In this document: positions 44,654-54,276 of the stretch, piece after piece | Numbering within the stretch: position 1 is the stretch's first letter | Layout: every line of letters starts with the position of its first letter | Assembly (NCBI GenBank): GCA_963809265.1 | Contig: CAWEJC010000008.1 | Coordinates: 211,550 to 275,549, forward strand | Length of the DNA: 64,000 nucleotides | Direction of reading: 5' to 3' | Source: an uncultured Actinomycetota bacterium | Lineage (GTDB): Bacteria > Actinomycetota > Actinomycetes > Propionibacteriales > Nocardioidaceae | Program-made: the position numbers and the translations under genes | The notes under the pieces: generated by a model | The model's input: only the letters and a program-made list of their open reading frames with translations | The model's database searches: none | Told to the model about the DNA's origin: nothing

Positions 44654-45297
44654 CCACGCACCTGGTGACGGCCGAGGTGGCTCCGGTCTGGCGTGGCCCG
44701 GCCGGGTCGGAGCGGGACGACCGGGTCACCGAGGCCCTGGTCGGCGAGCCCGTCGTGGTCACGGGAGCCGAACGGGACGGCCGGGTCGAGGTCGTGCTCC
44801 CGTGGCAGCCGTCGTCGCTGGGCGAGCTCGGGTACCCGGGCTGGATCGACGCCGCCGATGTGGGCGCCGCCGACGCCGACCCGCCGGCCCTGCACGTGCC
44901 GGAGGCCTTGTTCCCGGCGGATGCGGATGACTGCCTGGCACTGGCCCGCACGCTGCTGGGCACGCCGTACGTCTGGGGCGGGCTGAGCGGTCACGGCATC
45001 GACTGCTCGGGTCTGGTCCACCTGGCGCACCGGGCTCTGGGCACGACCGTGCCGCGCGACGCCGCCGACCAGGCAGCCGCCCTTCCGGCCGTGGCAGTGG
45101 ACGACGTACGCCGCGGCGACCTGTACTTCTTCGCCCGACCGGGACGGCCGGTGCACCACGTCGGGCTCGTGGTCGAGCCGGGCGTGATGCTGCACGCCTC
45201 GGACCGCGACGGCGGGGTCGTCGAGGCCCCGCTGGCGTCGACGGGGAGGACCGACGACCTGGTCAGCGCCGGTCGCGTGGTGCTCGCCCTACGATGA
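44650..45297 (+). CDS. NlpC/P60 (C40) peptidase, YkfC-like
   Basis: ATGA overlap; EALVGEPV...QPSS...GYPGWI SH3b-like region, GTPYVWGG, IDCSGL, PRDAADQ, GDLYFF, HHVG, MLHA. Confidence 0.87.
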   Translation: MTTHLVTAEVAPVWRGPAGSERDDRVTEALVGEPVVVTGAERDGRVEVVLPWQPSSLGELGYPGWIDAADVGAADADPPALHVPEALFPADADDCLALARTLLGTPYVWGGLSGHGIDCSGLVHLAHRALGTTVPRDAADQAAALPAVAVDDVRRGDLYFFARPGRPVHHVGLVVEPGVMLHASDRDGGVVEAPLASTGRTDDLVSAGRVVLALR

Positions 45298-45301
45298 CCC
45301 G

Positions 45302-45919
45302 GTGACCACGGGGAGCAGCGGCAGTCTCTGGAGCCGTTTCCAGCACGACCCGCGAGACCCGGCGTACGCCGGGATGCGGGCCTCCGACCGCGACCGCGCG
45401 GTGGTCCACGACGCCCTGGCCGAGGCCTACGCCGAGGGGCGGCTGGACCGCGACGAGCTCGACGACCGGACCTCGCAGGTCGACGCCGCGAAGACGTACG
45501 GCGACCTGGTGCCGCCGCTGCTCGACCTCGCGGCCGATGCGGCGGTGCCGGCCGTGAGCATCGCGTCGCGGCCGGACCTCGAGCGGAAGGCTGCGGGGTA
45601 CTACCGCGAGAAGCTCGGCGAGGCCTTCCTGGGGTTCCTGTTCCCCAACCTGATCTGCTGGGTGATCTGGTTCGTCGCCGGGCACGACTTCCCGTGGCCG
45701 ATCTTCGTGCTGATCCCGACGGTGGGGAACCTGGTCCGGATCATGGCCAGCAAGCAGTCGATCATCGACGGGCGGATCGAGAAGCTGGAGCGCAAGCAGG
45801 CCAAGGCCCTGGAGCCGCCCAAGCCCTCGAAGGCCGGCACGTCGAAGTCGGGCACGTCCTCGACGTCGAACGACGACGGCCGCGTCCTCCGGGAGCAGAA
45901 CAAGCCCGAGCAGGCCTGA
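45302..45919 (+). CDS. DUF1707 domain membrane protein
   Basis: MRASDRDR...AYAEGRLDRDELDDR...AKTYGDL followed by two TM segments (FPWPIF). Confidence 0.85.
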   Translation: MTTGSSGSLWSRFQHDPRDPAYAGMRASDRDRAVVHDALAEAYAEGRLDRDELDDRTSQVDAAKTYGDLVPPLLDLAADAAVPAVSIASRPDLERKAAGYYREKLGEAFLGFLFPNLICWVIWFVAGHDFPWPIFVLIPTVGNLVRIMASKQSIIDGRIEKLERKQAKALEPPKPSKAGTSKSGTSSTSNDDGRVLREQNKPEQA

Positions 45920-45929
45920 CCCGGGTCGG

Positions 45930-46068
45930 GGTTTCGTGACGGTCGCAGAGCGACCTCCTCAACCACCGACGTCGGCCGACCGCAGAGCGACCTCCTCCAC
46001 CACGCCGTACGGCGAGTCCGGGCCCGGCCGGTGGTTGAGGAAGGCGCCCTGGCGCCTGTCTCGAAACC
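45930..46068. repeat. REP/BIME-like inverted pair
   Basis: GGTTTCGTGACGGTCGCAGAGCGACCTCCTCAACCACC, a partial copy, then inverted GGTGGTTGAGGAAGGCGCCCTGGCGCCTGTCTCGAAACC; same family as 21439-21563. Confidence 0.85.
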
Positions 46069-46080
46069 TCCGGGACTGGT

Positions 46081-46205
46081 CGGTGGACCAGGCACCGTTT
46101 GCTGGTCCGAAAGGCGCCTCACCCACCGCCACCCGCCCACACCCGCGACGACCGGTGGACCAGGCACCGTTTCCTGATCCGAAAGGGTGCCTCACCCACC
46201 GCCAC
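46081..46205. repeat. two direct copies of a ~52-bp palindromic unit
   Basis: CGGTGGACCAGGCACCGTTT...CCGAAAGG...GCCTCACCCACCGCCAC at 46081-46132 and 46153-46205. Confidence 0.8.
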
Positions 46206-46213
46206 GGTCGCGG

Positions 46214-46576
46214 TCAGGCGTCCCAGCCGTCGGGGCGCAGCTTCTTCGGCAGGCCCTCGACGACCAGGCGGTAGGACTCGTCGACCGCGTCGAGCAGCTC
46301 GTCGTCCGGGATGCCGGCGAACGCCAGGTCGTTCCACCCGGAGCGGCCGATGTAGGCCATCACCGACGCGCTGTCGGGGTAGCGCTCGAGCCACTCGTCG
46401 GCGGCCTCACGACTGCGGGCGGCCTTGATGCCGACCCCGCTGCCGCCCAGGAACGCGAAGATCTTGCCCCGCTCCCCCGGGCCGACCTTGAAGACCGGGT
46501 GGGGGTGGTCCCACGGGTTGTCCGGCCACGCGCCGGGCTTGGCCGCGCAGTGGGCAGTGATCCGCTCGATGTCCAC
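46214..46576 (-). CDS. MmcQ/YjbR family DNA-binding protein
   Basis: [35 protein letters not shown]...LPKK; starts just after the uvrB stop. Confidence 0.85.
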   Translation of the reverse strand: MDIERITAHCAAKPGAWPDNPWDHPHPVFKVGPGERGKIFAFLGGSGVGIKAARSREAADEWLERYPDSASVMAYIGRSGWNDLAFAGIPDDELLDAVDESYRLVVEGLPKKLRPDGWDA

Positions 46577-46579
46577 GAC

Positions 46580-48713
46580 CTACTTGGTCGCTTCCATCAT
46601 CTGGCGGAGCTCCTTCTTGAGGTCGTTGACCTCGTCGCGGAGCCGGGCGGCGAGCTCGAACTGCAGCTCGCCGGCGGCGGCCTTCATCTGGTCGGTGAGC
46701 TCCTGGATCAGGGCGGCCAGCTCGGAGCTGGGCAGCCCGGCGATGTCCGCCGCGTGCTGGCCGGCGTTCAGCTGGCCGAGCGCCGGGACCGGCTGGCCCT
46801 GCCTTGAGCTTGACGCCGCCGGCCCGGCCCTTGGCCTCGGTGCCGGCCCAGGTCGCCAGCAGCGCCTGGGTGTCCTCGCCCTCGCGGGCGAGCATCTCGG
46901 TGATGTCGGCGATCTTCTTGCGCAGCGGCTGCGGGTCGACGCCCCGCTCCTTGTTGTAGGCGACCTGCTTGGCCCGGCGACGGTTGGTCTCGTCGATCGC
47001 CGACTCCATCGACGGCGTGATCTTGTCGGCGTACATGTGCACCTGACCGGACACGTTGCGCGCGGCGCGGCCGATGGTCTGGATCAGCGACTTGTCGGAG
47101 CGCAGGAAGCCCTCCTTGTCGGCGTCGAGGATCGACACCAGCGACACCTCGGGCAGGTCGAGACCCTCGCGGAGGAGGTTGATGCCGACCAGGACGTCGT
47201 AGTCACCGAGCCGCAGGTCGCGCAGGAGCTCGATCCGCTTGAGGGTGTCGACCTCGGAGTGGAGGTAGCGGGTGCGGATGCCGGCGTCGAGGAGGTAGTC
47301 GGTGAGGTCCTCCGACATCTTCTTGGTCAGGGTCGTGACCAGGATCCGCTCGTTCTTCGCCGTGCGCGTGGTGATCTCGTGGATCAGGTCGTCGATCTGG
47401 CCCTTGGTCGGCTTGACCACGACCTCGGGGTCGATCAGGCCCGTCGGCCGGATGATCTGCTCGACGACGTCGCCGCCGACCTTGTCGAGCTCGTAGTTGC
47501 CGGGCGTGGCCGAGAGGTAGATCGTCTGGCCGATCCGCTCGAGGAACTCCTCCCACTTCAGCGGGCGGTTGTCCATGGCGCTCGGCAGCCGGAAGCCGTG
47601 GTCGACCAGGTTGCGCTTGCGCGACATGTCGCCCTCGTACATCCCGCCGACCTGCGGCACCGCGACGTGGGACTCGTCGACGACCAGCAGGAAGTCCTCG
47701 GGGAAGTAGTCGAGCAGGCAGTTGGGCGGGGTGCCGTGGTCGCGGCCGTCGATGTGCATCGAGTAGTTCTCGATGCCGGCGCACGACCCGACCTGCCGCA
47801 TCATCTCGACGTCGTACGTCGTGCGCATCCGCAGCCGCTGCGCCTCGAGCAGCTTGCCCTGCCGCTCGAACGTCGACAGCCGGTCCTCGAGCTCGGCCTC
47901 GATGCCGTTGATCGCCCGCTCCATGCGCTCCGGGCCGGCGACGTAGTGGGTGGCCGGGAAGACGTAGAGCTCGTCGTCCTCGCTGATCACCTCGCCGGTG
48001 ACCGGGTGGAGCGTCATCAGCCGCTCGACCTCGTCGCCGAAGAACTCGACCCGCACGGCGTGCTCCTCGTAGACCGGGAAGATCTCGAGGGTGTCGCCGC
48101 GGACCCGGAACGTGCCGCGGGTGAACGTCATGTCGTTGCGGGTGTACTGGATCTCGACCAGCCGTCGCAGGATCGAGTCGCGGTCGCGCTCGTCGCCGAC
48201 CTTCAGCTTGAGCATCCGGTCGACGTACTCCTGCGGGGTGCCGAGGCCGTAGATGCACGACACGGTCGACACCACGATCACGTCGCGCCGGGTCAGCAGG
48301 GAGTTGGTCGACGAGTGGCGCAGCCGCTCGACCTCCTCGTTGATCGAGGAGTCCTTCTCGATGTAGGTGTCGGTCTGAGGGACGTAGGCCTCGGGCTGGT
48401 AGTAGTCGTAGTAGGAGACGAAGTACTCGATCGCGTTGTTGGGGAAGAGCTGGCGCAGCTCGTTGGCGAACTGGGCCGCGAGCGTCTTGTTGGGCTGCAG
48501 GACCAGGATCGGGCGCTGGATCTGCTCGGCCACCCAGGCCACCGTCGCGGTCTTGCCGGTGCCGGTCGCGCCGAGCAGGACGACGTCGTTCACCCCGCCC
48601 TTCACCCGCCGCACGATCTCCTCGATCGCGGCCGGCTGGTCACCGCTCGGCTGGTAGTCGGAGACCACCTCGAACGGCGCCACCCGGCGCTCCAGGTCGG
48701 TCACAGGTCGCAT
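46580..48713 (-). CDS. uvrB: excinuclease ABC subunit B (frameshift near 46800)
   Basis: [50 protein letters not shown]; the UVR domain ([16 protein letters not shown]...ATK*) is in another frame. Confidence 0.97.
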
Positions 48714-48719
48714 GCGTCC

Positions 48720-48741
48720 AGCCTAGACAGGCCCACCGACA
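48720..48741 (-). promoter_or_regulatory. PafBC/RecA-NDp promoter of uvrB (leaderless)
   Basis: Minus strand TGTCGG-N10-TAGGCT, full consensus, 6 nt before the ATG. Confidence 0.85.
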
Positions 48742-48768
48742 GGCCCCCGGGAGCCGAGCCGGCGGGAC

Positions 48769-49547
48769 TCAGTAGCTCGAGCGCCGTCGCAGGTAGCCCT
48801 CACCGATCTCGTGCAGCTTCTCCGCCCCGAACGACGCGTCGTGACCCGGGTGGACGAGCGCGACGTCGAGGGTGAGCAGCCGCCGCATGGAGGCGACGTA
48901 CGACGGGATGTCGGCGCCGACCATCTCGTCGAGCAGCGCACCGTCGTAGACCACGTCCCCGGTGTAGAGCCACCGCAGGTCCTCGTCGAGGACCACGATG
49001 CTCCCGGGGGTGTGGCCCGGCAGGTGCAGGATCCGGAGGCGCCGGTCGCCGAGGTCGATCACGTCGCCGTCGACCAGGCTGCGGGTCACCGTGGCGGGTC
49101 GGACGCGGTACGCCGCAGGGTCGTAGCCCGGCTCCGGGAGCGCCGTCAGCAGCGACTCCGGCAGGTCCTCGTCGTCCGGGAGCGCGAGACCGAGGAGCTC
49201 CAGCTCGGTCCGCGCGTGCAGGCTCGCCGGCGGCGGGTTCGCGATCGAGCCGGCCTCGAGCGCGTGCACGGCGACGTGGGCGAGCCGTGGGCGCCACCGG
49301 TGTGGTCGAGGTGGCTGTGGCTGATCACGGCCAGGGTCTCGTGCTCGAGCACCTCGGGCAGGTGGCGGCGCAGCGAGGCGACCCCGAGGCCGGTGTCGAC
49401 CAGCACGTCGTGCGTCCGGCCGCGGATCCACCACAGGTTCGCCGACACGAGGTCGCTCAGGTGCGGCTCGGTCACCTTCGTGACCCCCTCGCCGACGTCC
49501 TCGACGCCGAACCAGGGGGACGCGACGGTCAGCTCGAGCTCGGCCAT
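48769..49547 (-). CDS. MBL-fold metallo-hydrolase (frameshift near 49290)
   Basis: LVDTGLG, SHSHLDHTGG, PGHTPGS, YTGDVVY, HPGH. Confidence 0.85.
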
Positions 49548-49623
49548 GCGCAGACTCTCGTCCCCTCCGACACGGGAGGGATCCTGCCACCTGGCGCCGA
49601 CACCTCAGGTCGCGTCCCCGACC

Positions 49624-50598
49624 TCACTCCGCCGGGCCGGCCGGCGTGCGTGCCCCGATCGTCAGGCTCGCGACCGCCGCGATGCCCAGGACGCCGGCGA
49701 TGAACGCCAGCGACGGGAGGATTCCGACGTCGGGCACCGGCAGGGCGCCGAGGTGGTCGACGTGGGAGCCGCGCAGGCCTTCGAGGACGAGCTTGATCCC
49801 GATGAACGCCAGCACCAGCGCGAGGGCCGGCTGCAGGTAGACCAGCCTGGTCAGCAGGGCCTCGACGACGAAGAACAGCTGTCGCAGGCCCAGCAGCGCG
49901 AAGGCGTTGGCGGTGAGGATCACGAACGCGTCCTGGGTGAGCCCGAGGATCGCCGGGATCGAGTCGAGGGCGAAGACGACGTTCGCCACGGCGATCGCCG
50001 CGACGACGACCACGAGCGGCGTCCACATCGCGCGCCCGTCCACCGTGGTGCGCAACCGGTCGCCGACGTACGCCGGGCCGATCGGCAGGTGCCGACGCAG
50101 GATCCGGAGCACGCGGTACTCCTCGAACTCCGACTCGTCGTCCGTCTCGCGGAGCAGGGTGACCGCCGTGTACACGAGGAGCAGCCCGAACAGGTAGAAG
50201 GTCCACGACGCCGCGGAGACCAGCGCGGTCCCACCCACGATCAGCACGGCCCGCATCAGGAACGACAGCACGATCCCGATCAGCAGGGTGCGGTCACGGG
50301 CCACGGCCGGGACCGCAAAGGTGTTCATGATGACCAGGAAGACGAACAGGTTGTCGACGCTGAGGCTGTACTCGGTCAGGTAGCCGGCGAAGAACTCGGT
50401 GCCGGCCCGCCCGTCGGCGGCGAGCAGCGCGGCTCCGAACAGCACCGCCGCCGCGACGTTGGCCGCCACCCACCACAGGCAGGTGCGCAGGGTCGGCCGC
50501 TCCTGACGCCGCGCCACCGCGACCAGGTCGGCGGTGACGAGCAGGACCAGCAGGACCGCGGCAGCGATCCAGAGCGGCGGGGCGACCGACGTGTGCAC
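49624..50598 (-). CDS. TerC/Alx family membrane protein (probable Mn2+ homeostasis)
   Basis: GYLTEYSLSVDNLFVF, FALDSIPAI, ANAFALLGLRQL, FIGIKL. Confidence 0.93.
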   Translation of the reverse strand: MHTSVAPPLWIAAAVLLVLLVTADLVAVARRQERPTLRTCLWWVAANVAAAVLFGAALLAADGRAGTEFFAGYLTEYSLSVDNLFVFLVIMNTFAVPAVARDRTLLIGIVLSFLMRAVLIVGGTALVSAASWTFYLFGLLLVYTAVTLLRETDDESEFEEYRVLRILRRHLPIGPAYVGDRLRTTVDGRAMWTPLVVVVAAIAVANVVFALDSIPAILGLTQDAFVILTANAFALLGLRQLFFVVEALLTRLVYLQPALALVLAFIGIKLVLEGLRGSHVDHLGALPVPDVGILPSLAFIAGVLGIAAVASLTIGARTPAGPAE

Positions 50599-50619
50599 AG
50601 GACCTCCGGACGTGGATGA

Positions 50620-50726
50620 CGACCGGAGGTCTCCTCCACCAGCCCGTTGCCGGGAGGCCGGGGCGCCGGGCCGGGATGGTCCAGCCGTGATGACGACGCG
50701 TCCGTGCGGGAGTACTCCCCTCCGTC
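50620..50726 (-). ncRNA. yybP-ykoY manganese riboswitch
   Basis: Minus strand GGAGGGGAGUA...CGUCAUCAC...GGAGACCUCC directly upstream of terC; CCUCCGG can pair with the SD-containing CCGGAGG. Confidence 0.82.
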
Positions 50727-50733
50727 GCCGAGC

Positions 50734-51698
50734 CTAGCCGCGGCGACCGGCGCTCGGCGACAGGGGCCGCGGCTCGGACGGCAGGTCGTCGCGATCGCGA
50801 CGCGACGGCGGCGGCGTCGCGGGGAGGCGTTCGCGGCGCGGCTTGCGCCACAGCGCCCCCAGGTCGAAGTCGGCACGGTCCGGGTCGAGCGTGTGGAAGC
50901 CGGCGGACGGCGTGAACGTCAGCTCACCGACGTACGGGTGCCCGTCGATCTCGTAGAGGTCGACGCGGACGAACGGGAAGCCCTCCCCCAACGTCTCGGC
51001 GATCCAGATCATCGTGTCCAGCGACTCCGGCCGCGGCGGGTAGCGCTCGTGGGTGCGCTGGGAGACCGACCGGAACGGCTCGTGCCAGTCGCGGTCGACG
51101 ATCCGGCCGCCGTACGTCGGCAGGCCGCGGTCGGTGAACCAGTGGATGTAGTGGACGCGGCCGTGGTAGACCCAGAACTTGTAGTCGTCGGGCAGCACTC
51201 CGGGGTCGCCGACCCGCTGCTCGACGATCAGCCGTGGTGGGATGCGGGCGTACTGCCACTCGCCGCCCCTCTCGCCGTAGGTCCTCCGCAGCCAGAGGGC
51301 GACCTTGCGCTCGATCCTGCGCCAGGGCACGCGCCCGCCGGCCGGGACCTCGATCATCTGGTGGCACCCGTGGGCGGCCTTGATGAGGTAGGGACGCGGC
51401 CAGCGGCGGCGTCGCGCAGCGGTGGCAGCCGGCGCCCGTGCCAGTACGTCGGGATCACGTACTCCTGGCCGACGCGCTCGGCGATGTACTGCTTCGCCTC
51501 GATCTTGTCGGTCAGCGTGACCAGGCGCGGGTCCCGCCGGAGGAACTTGTGGTGCTGGACCCACTCGCTGTGCGTCCGCGGGAACAGCAGGTGCATCCGA
51601 CGCCCGAACAGCTGTCGGTACTTGCGCCGGCATCGGCGCAGCGTGCGCCACCAGGTCCACGCGCCGTCGACCGCCCTCACGACTCTCCGGCCGGACAC
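50734..51698 (-). CDS. TupA-like ATP-grasp amidoligase (frameshift near 51400)
   Basis: PRTHSEWVQH...LTDKIEAKQYI, YLIKAAHGC, GEWQY...PRLIVEQ, DDYKFW, FVRVDLY, GELTFTPSAG. Confidence 0.8.
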
Positions 51699-51838
51699 TC
51701 CGGTCCCCTTCCCCTGACCCGAGCGCCACTCCGCACCCTCCCGGGAACGTCACCTCTCCCGCAAGTCGTCGTCCGCCGCGCTGCCGCGACCCGGCCCGGC
51801 GGGTCGAGGGCGTCCGGGCCGATGGGTAGTTTGGCGAC

Positions 51839-53107
51839 GTGCCCACCCGGACCTCGTCGACGACAGCCGACCGCTGGCTGCCGCTCGTACGACGGATCGT
51901 GCTCGGGATCGTCGCGGCACCGTTCCTGATGGCGATCGGGATGACGCTGGTCGACTCCTACCGCCGGCGGGGCAAGCACCGCGCCGCGTCGTTCCCGACG
52001 GAGCGGCCGAGCACGGTGCCGGTCGGCGACGGCGAGGTCACGACGTACACCTACGGCGCCGACCTCTACGACGACATGATCGCCGCCATCGACGGCGCCG
52101 AGCGCCAGATCCTGTTCGAGACCTACATCTGGAAGGGCGACGAGGTCGGCCAACGCTTCAAGGACGCGCTGGCCGCGGCTGCCCGGCGCGGCGTCGAGGT
52201 CTACCTGATCTACGACGCCTTCGCCAACCTCGTCGTCTCGCCGCGGTTCAAGCGCTTCCCCTCCGGCATCAAGGTGCTGCGCTACCCGGTGTACGCCGCC
52301 GGGTGGCGGCCGTTCGACCTGCGGCGCTACGGCCGCGACCACCGCAAGATCCTCGTGGTCGACGAGTCCATCGGCTTCGTCGGCGGCTACAACATCGGCG
52401 CGGCCTACGCGACGGAGTGGCGCGACACGCACGTGCGGATCGTCGGGCCGGCCGTGTGGGACCTGAAGCGGGCGTTCGCCGACTTCTGGAACCTCAACCG
52501 CCGCCGTCGCTTCCGAGCGAGCGAGCGACCGTTGCTGCTCGAGACGGCCTCGACCTGGGAGCCGACCATCCGGTTCCACCGCAACGTGCCCCGACTGTGG
52601 ATGTTCCCGATCCGGTCGATGTACCTGGAGGCGATCGCCCGGGCCAGCAAGAACATCTGGCTGACCACCGCCTACTTCCTGCCCGACCCCGACTTCGCCG
52701 ACGCGTTGACGGCGGCGGCGCGGCGCGGGGTCGACGTCCGTCTCCTGATCCCGGCCAAGTCCAACCACGTCGTCTCCGACTGGATCTCGCGCGGCTACTT
52801 CGGGCAGCTGCTGAGCGCGGGGGTGAAGGTGCTCCGCTACCGCGATGCGATGGTCCACGCGAAGACGGCCACCATCGACGGGACGTGGTCGACGGTCGGC
52901 ACGGCGAACATCGACCGGCTCAGCCTGAGCGGCAACTACGAGATCAACGTCGAGATCATCGACGCCCGGCTCGCGGGCTCGCTGGAGGAGATCTTCCGGA
53001 TCGACGAGTCGAACTGCCTCGAGCTGACCCGGGCCGAGTGGGAGGCGCGGGACATCTACCGGCGCTTCACCGAGTTCGTGCTCAACCCGCTCCGTCCGCT
53101 GCTCTGA
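51839..53107 (+). CDS. phospholipase D family / cardiolipin synthase-like protein
   Basis: Two HKD motifs, HRKILVVD...GGYN and HAKTATID...GTAN; WRDTH. Confidence 0.9.
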   Translation: MPTRTSSTTADRWLPLVRRIVLGIVAAPFLMAIGMTLVDSYRRRGKHRAASFPTERPSTVPVGDGEVTTYTYGADLYDDMIAAIDGAERQILFETYIWKGDEVGQRFKDALAAAARRGVEVYLIYDAFANLVVSPRFKRFPSGIKVLRYPVYAAGWRPFDLRRYGRDHRKILVVDESIGFVGGYNIGAAYATEWRDTHVRIVGPAVWDLKRAFADFWNLNRRRRFRASERPLLLETASTWEPTIRFHRNVPRLWMFPIRSMYLEAIARASKNIWLTTAYFLPDPDFADALTAAARRGVDVRLLIPAKSNHVVSDWISRGYFGQLLSAGVKVLRYRDAMVHAKTATIDGTWSTVGTANIDRLSLSGNYEINVEIIDARLAGSLEEIFRIDESNCLELTRAEWEARDIYRRFTEFVLNPLRPLL

Positions 53108-54225
53108 GGCACTCCTCGGCGAGCGCCCGCCAGACGACGGTGGCCGGGGGCTCCGTGGCCGAGGCGTTGGTGGCCACGACCAGCGTCAGCCCGCGCGTCC
53201 GCTCGGACATGCCGACGACCGTGAACCCGCCGTACCACCCCCGGTGTCCCTGCCACACCCCGCCTGGGACCGCCATCCGGAACGTGCCCAGGCCGTAGGT
53301 GCACATGTCGGGGTGGTCGTACGCCGCGGCCTGCGGCGTGGTCGTCGTCATCAGCTCCACCGAGGCCGGGTCGAGGACCGTCCCGCCGCACGAGCAGGGC
53401 GTCCAGGAACGTCGCCGCCCCGGTCGCGGTGCCGGCGAAGAGGCCGTCGCCGAACGGGAGCCCGAACAGGTCCGTGGGGATCCCGATGGCCGGGTGCCCG
53501 GCGGATGCGTCGACGAGGGAGCCGTCCGGCCGCACGTCGTACCCGTGGGACATCCGGTCGAGCCGCACCCGGGAGCGGTGCATCGTGAGCGCGTCGTCGT
53601 CCGGGGCTCGGCCGTAGCGGCGGGTCAGGGTCGCCCAGGCGTCGGCGAAGCCGTCGTCGCCGCCGAGGACCCGGCCGAGGATCTCGGTGAGCACGACGTA
53701 GCCGGTGTTCGAGTACTCCCAGACGGTCCCGGGCCCGACCGGCTCGAGGATCCCCGGGCGGAGCATCTCCCAGGTGAAGGGCCGGTCAGGGTCGTAGTCC
53801 GCCCCGCTGCCCGGCTCGTCCTCGTCGGGGCGCAGCAGGGCGGCGACGGCCGGGCTGTCGTAGAGGTCGGGGTAGCCCGACGTGTGGGTGAGCAGCATGC
53901 GGGGCGTGACCGTCGCGGTGCCCGGCACCTCGTCGCCCAGGAACGTCGCGGCCGGGGCGTCCAGGTCGAGACGGCCCTCCTCGACCAGGCGGAGGGCGAG
54001 AGCCGCCACGAGGGGCTTGCCCAGGCTGGCCAGGCAGAAGACCGTCGTGTCGGTGACCGGCGTACCGGCGTCGCTGTCCGCCACGCCGTCGGTGCCCGTC
54101 CAGGTCACGTCGCCGTGGTCGACCAGGGCCGCCTGGACACCGGGCGCGGACGTCTCGGCCGCGGTGCTCGCGAGAACGGACGCGAGGCGGGTCCCGAGGT
54201 CGGCGTCGGAGCGGTCGTGGGACAT
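53082..54225 (-). CDS. serine hydrolase, class C beta-lactamase-like (frameshift near 53385)
   Basis: SLGK, LLTHTSG, WEYSNTGY, YGLG...GHRG. Confidence 0.82.
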
Positions 54226-54276
54226 GGACGTGCCTCTCACGCGTGGACGGCAGCGACCCGAGAGGTGCCCGGCACG

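Noticed and set aside
46081-46205. Possible mini-CRISPR array
   Set aside because: Only two ~52-bp units with a 20-nt spacer, and no cas genes or leader.
46425-48875. Long antisense ORFs (816 aa here; also 27500..30109, 2013..3860, 6012..7862, 33078..35093)
   Set aside because: Shadow frames of real genes, caused by high-GC codon bias; no recognisable motifs.
49556-49583. TGTCGG upstream of the second MBL gene as a PafBC site
   Set aside because: No TAnnnT at the N10 spacing; the sequence lies within a hairpin likely to terminate terC.
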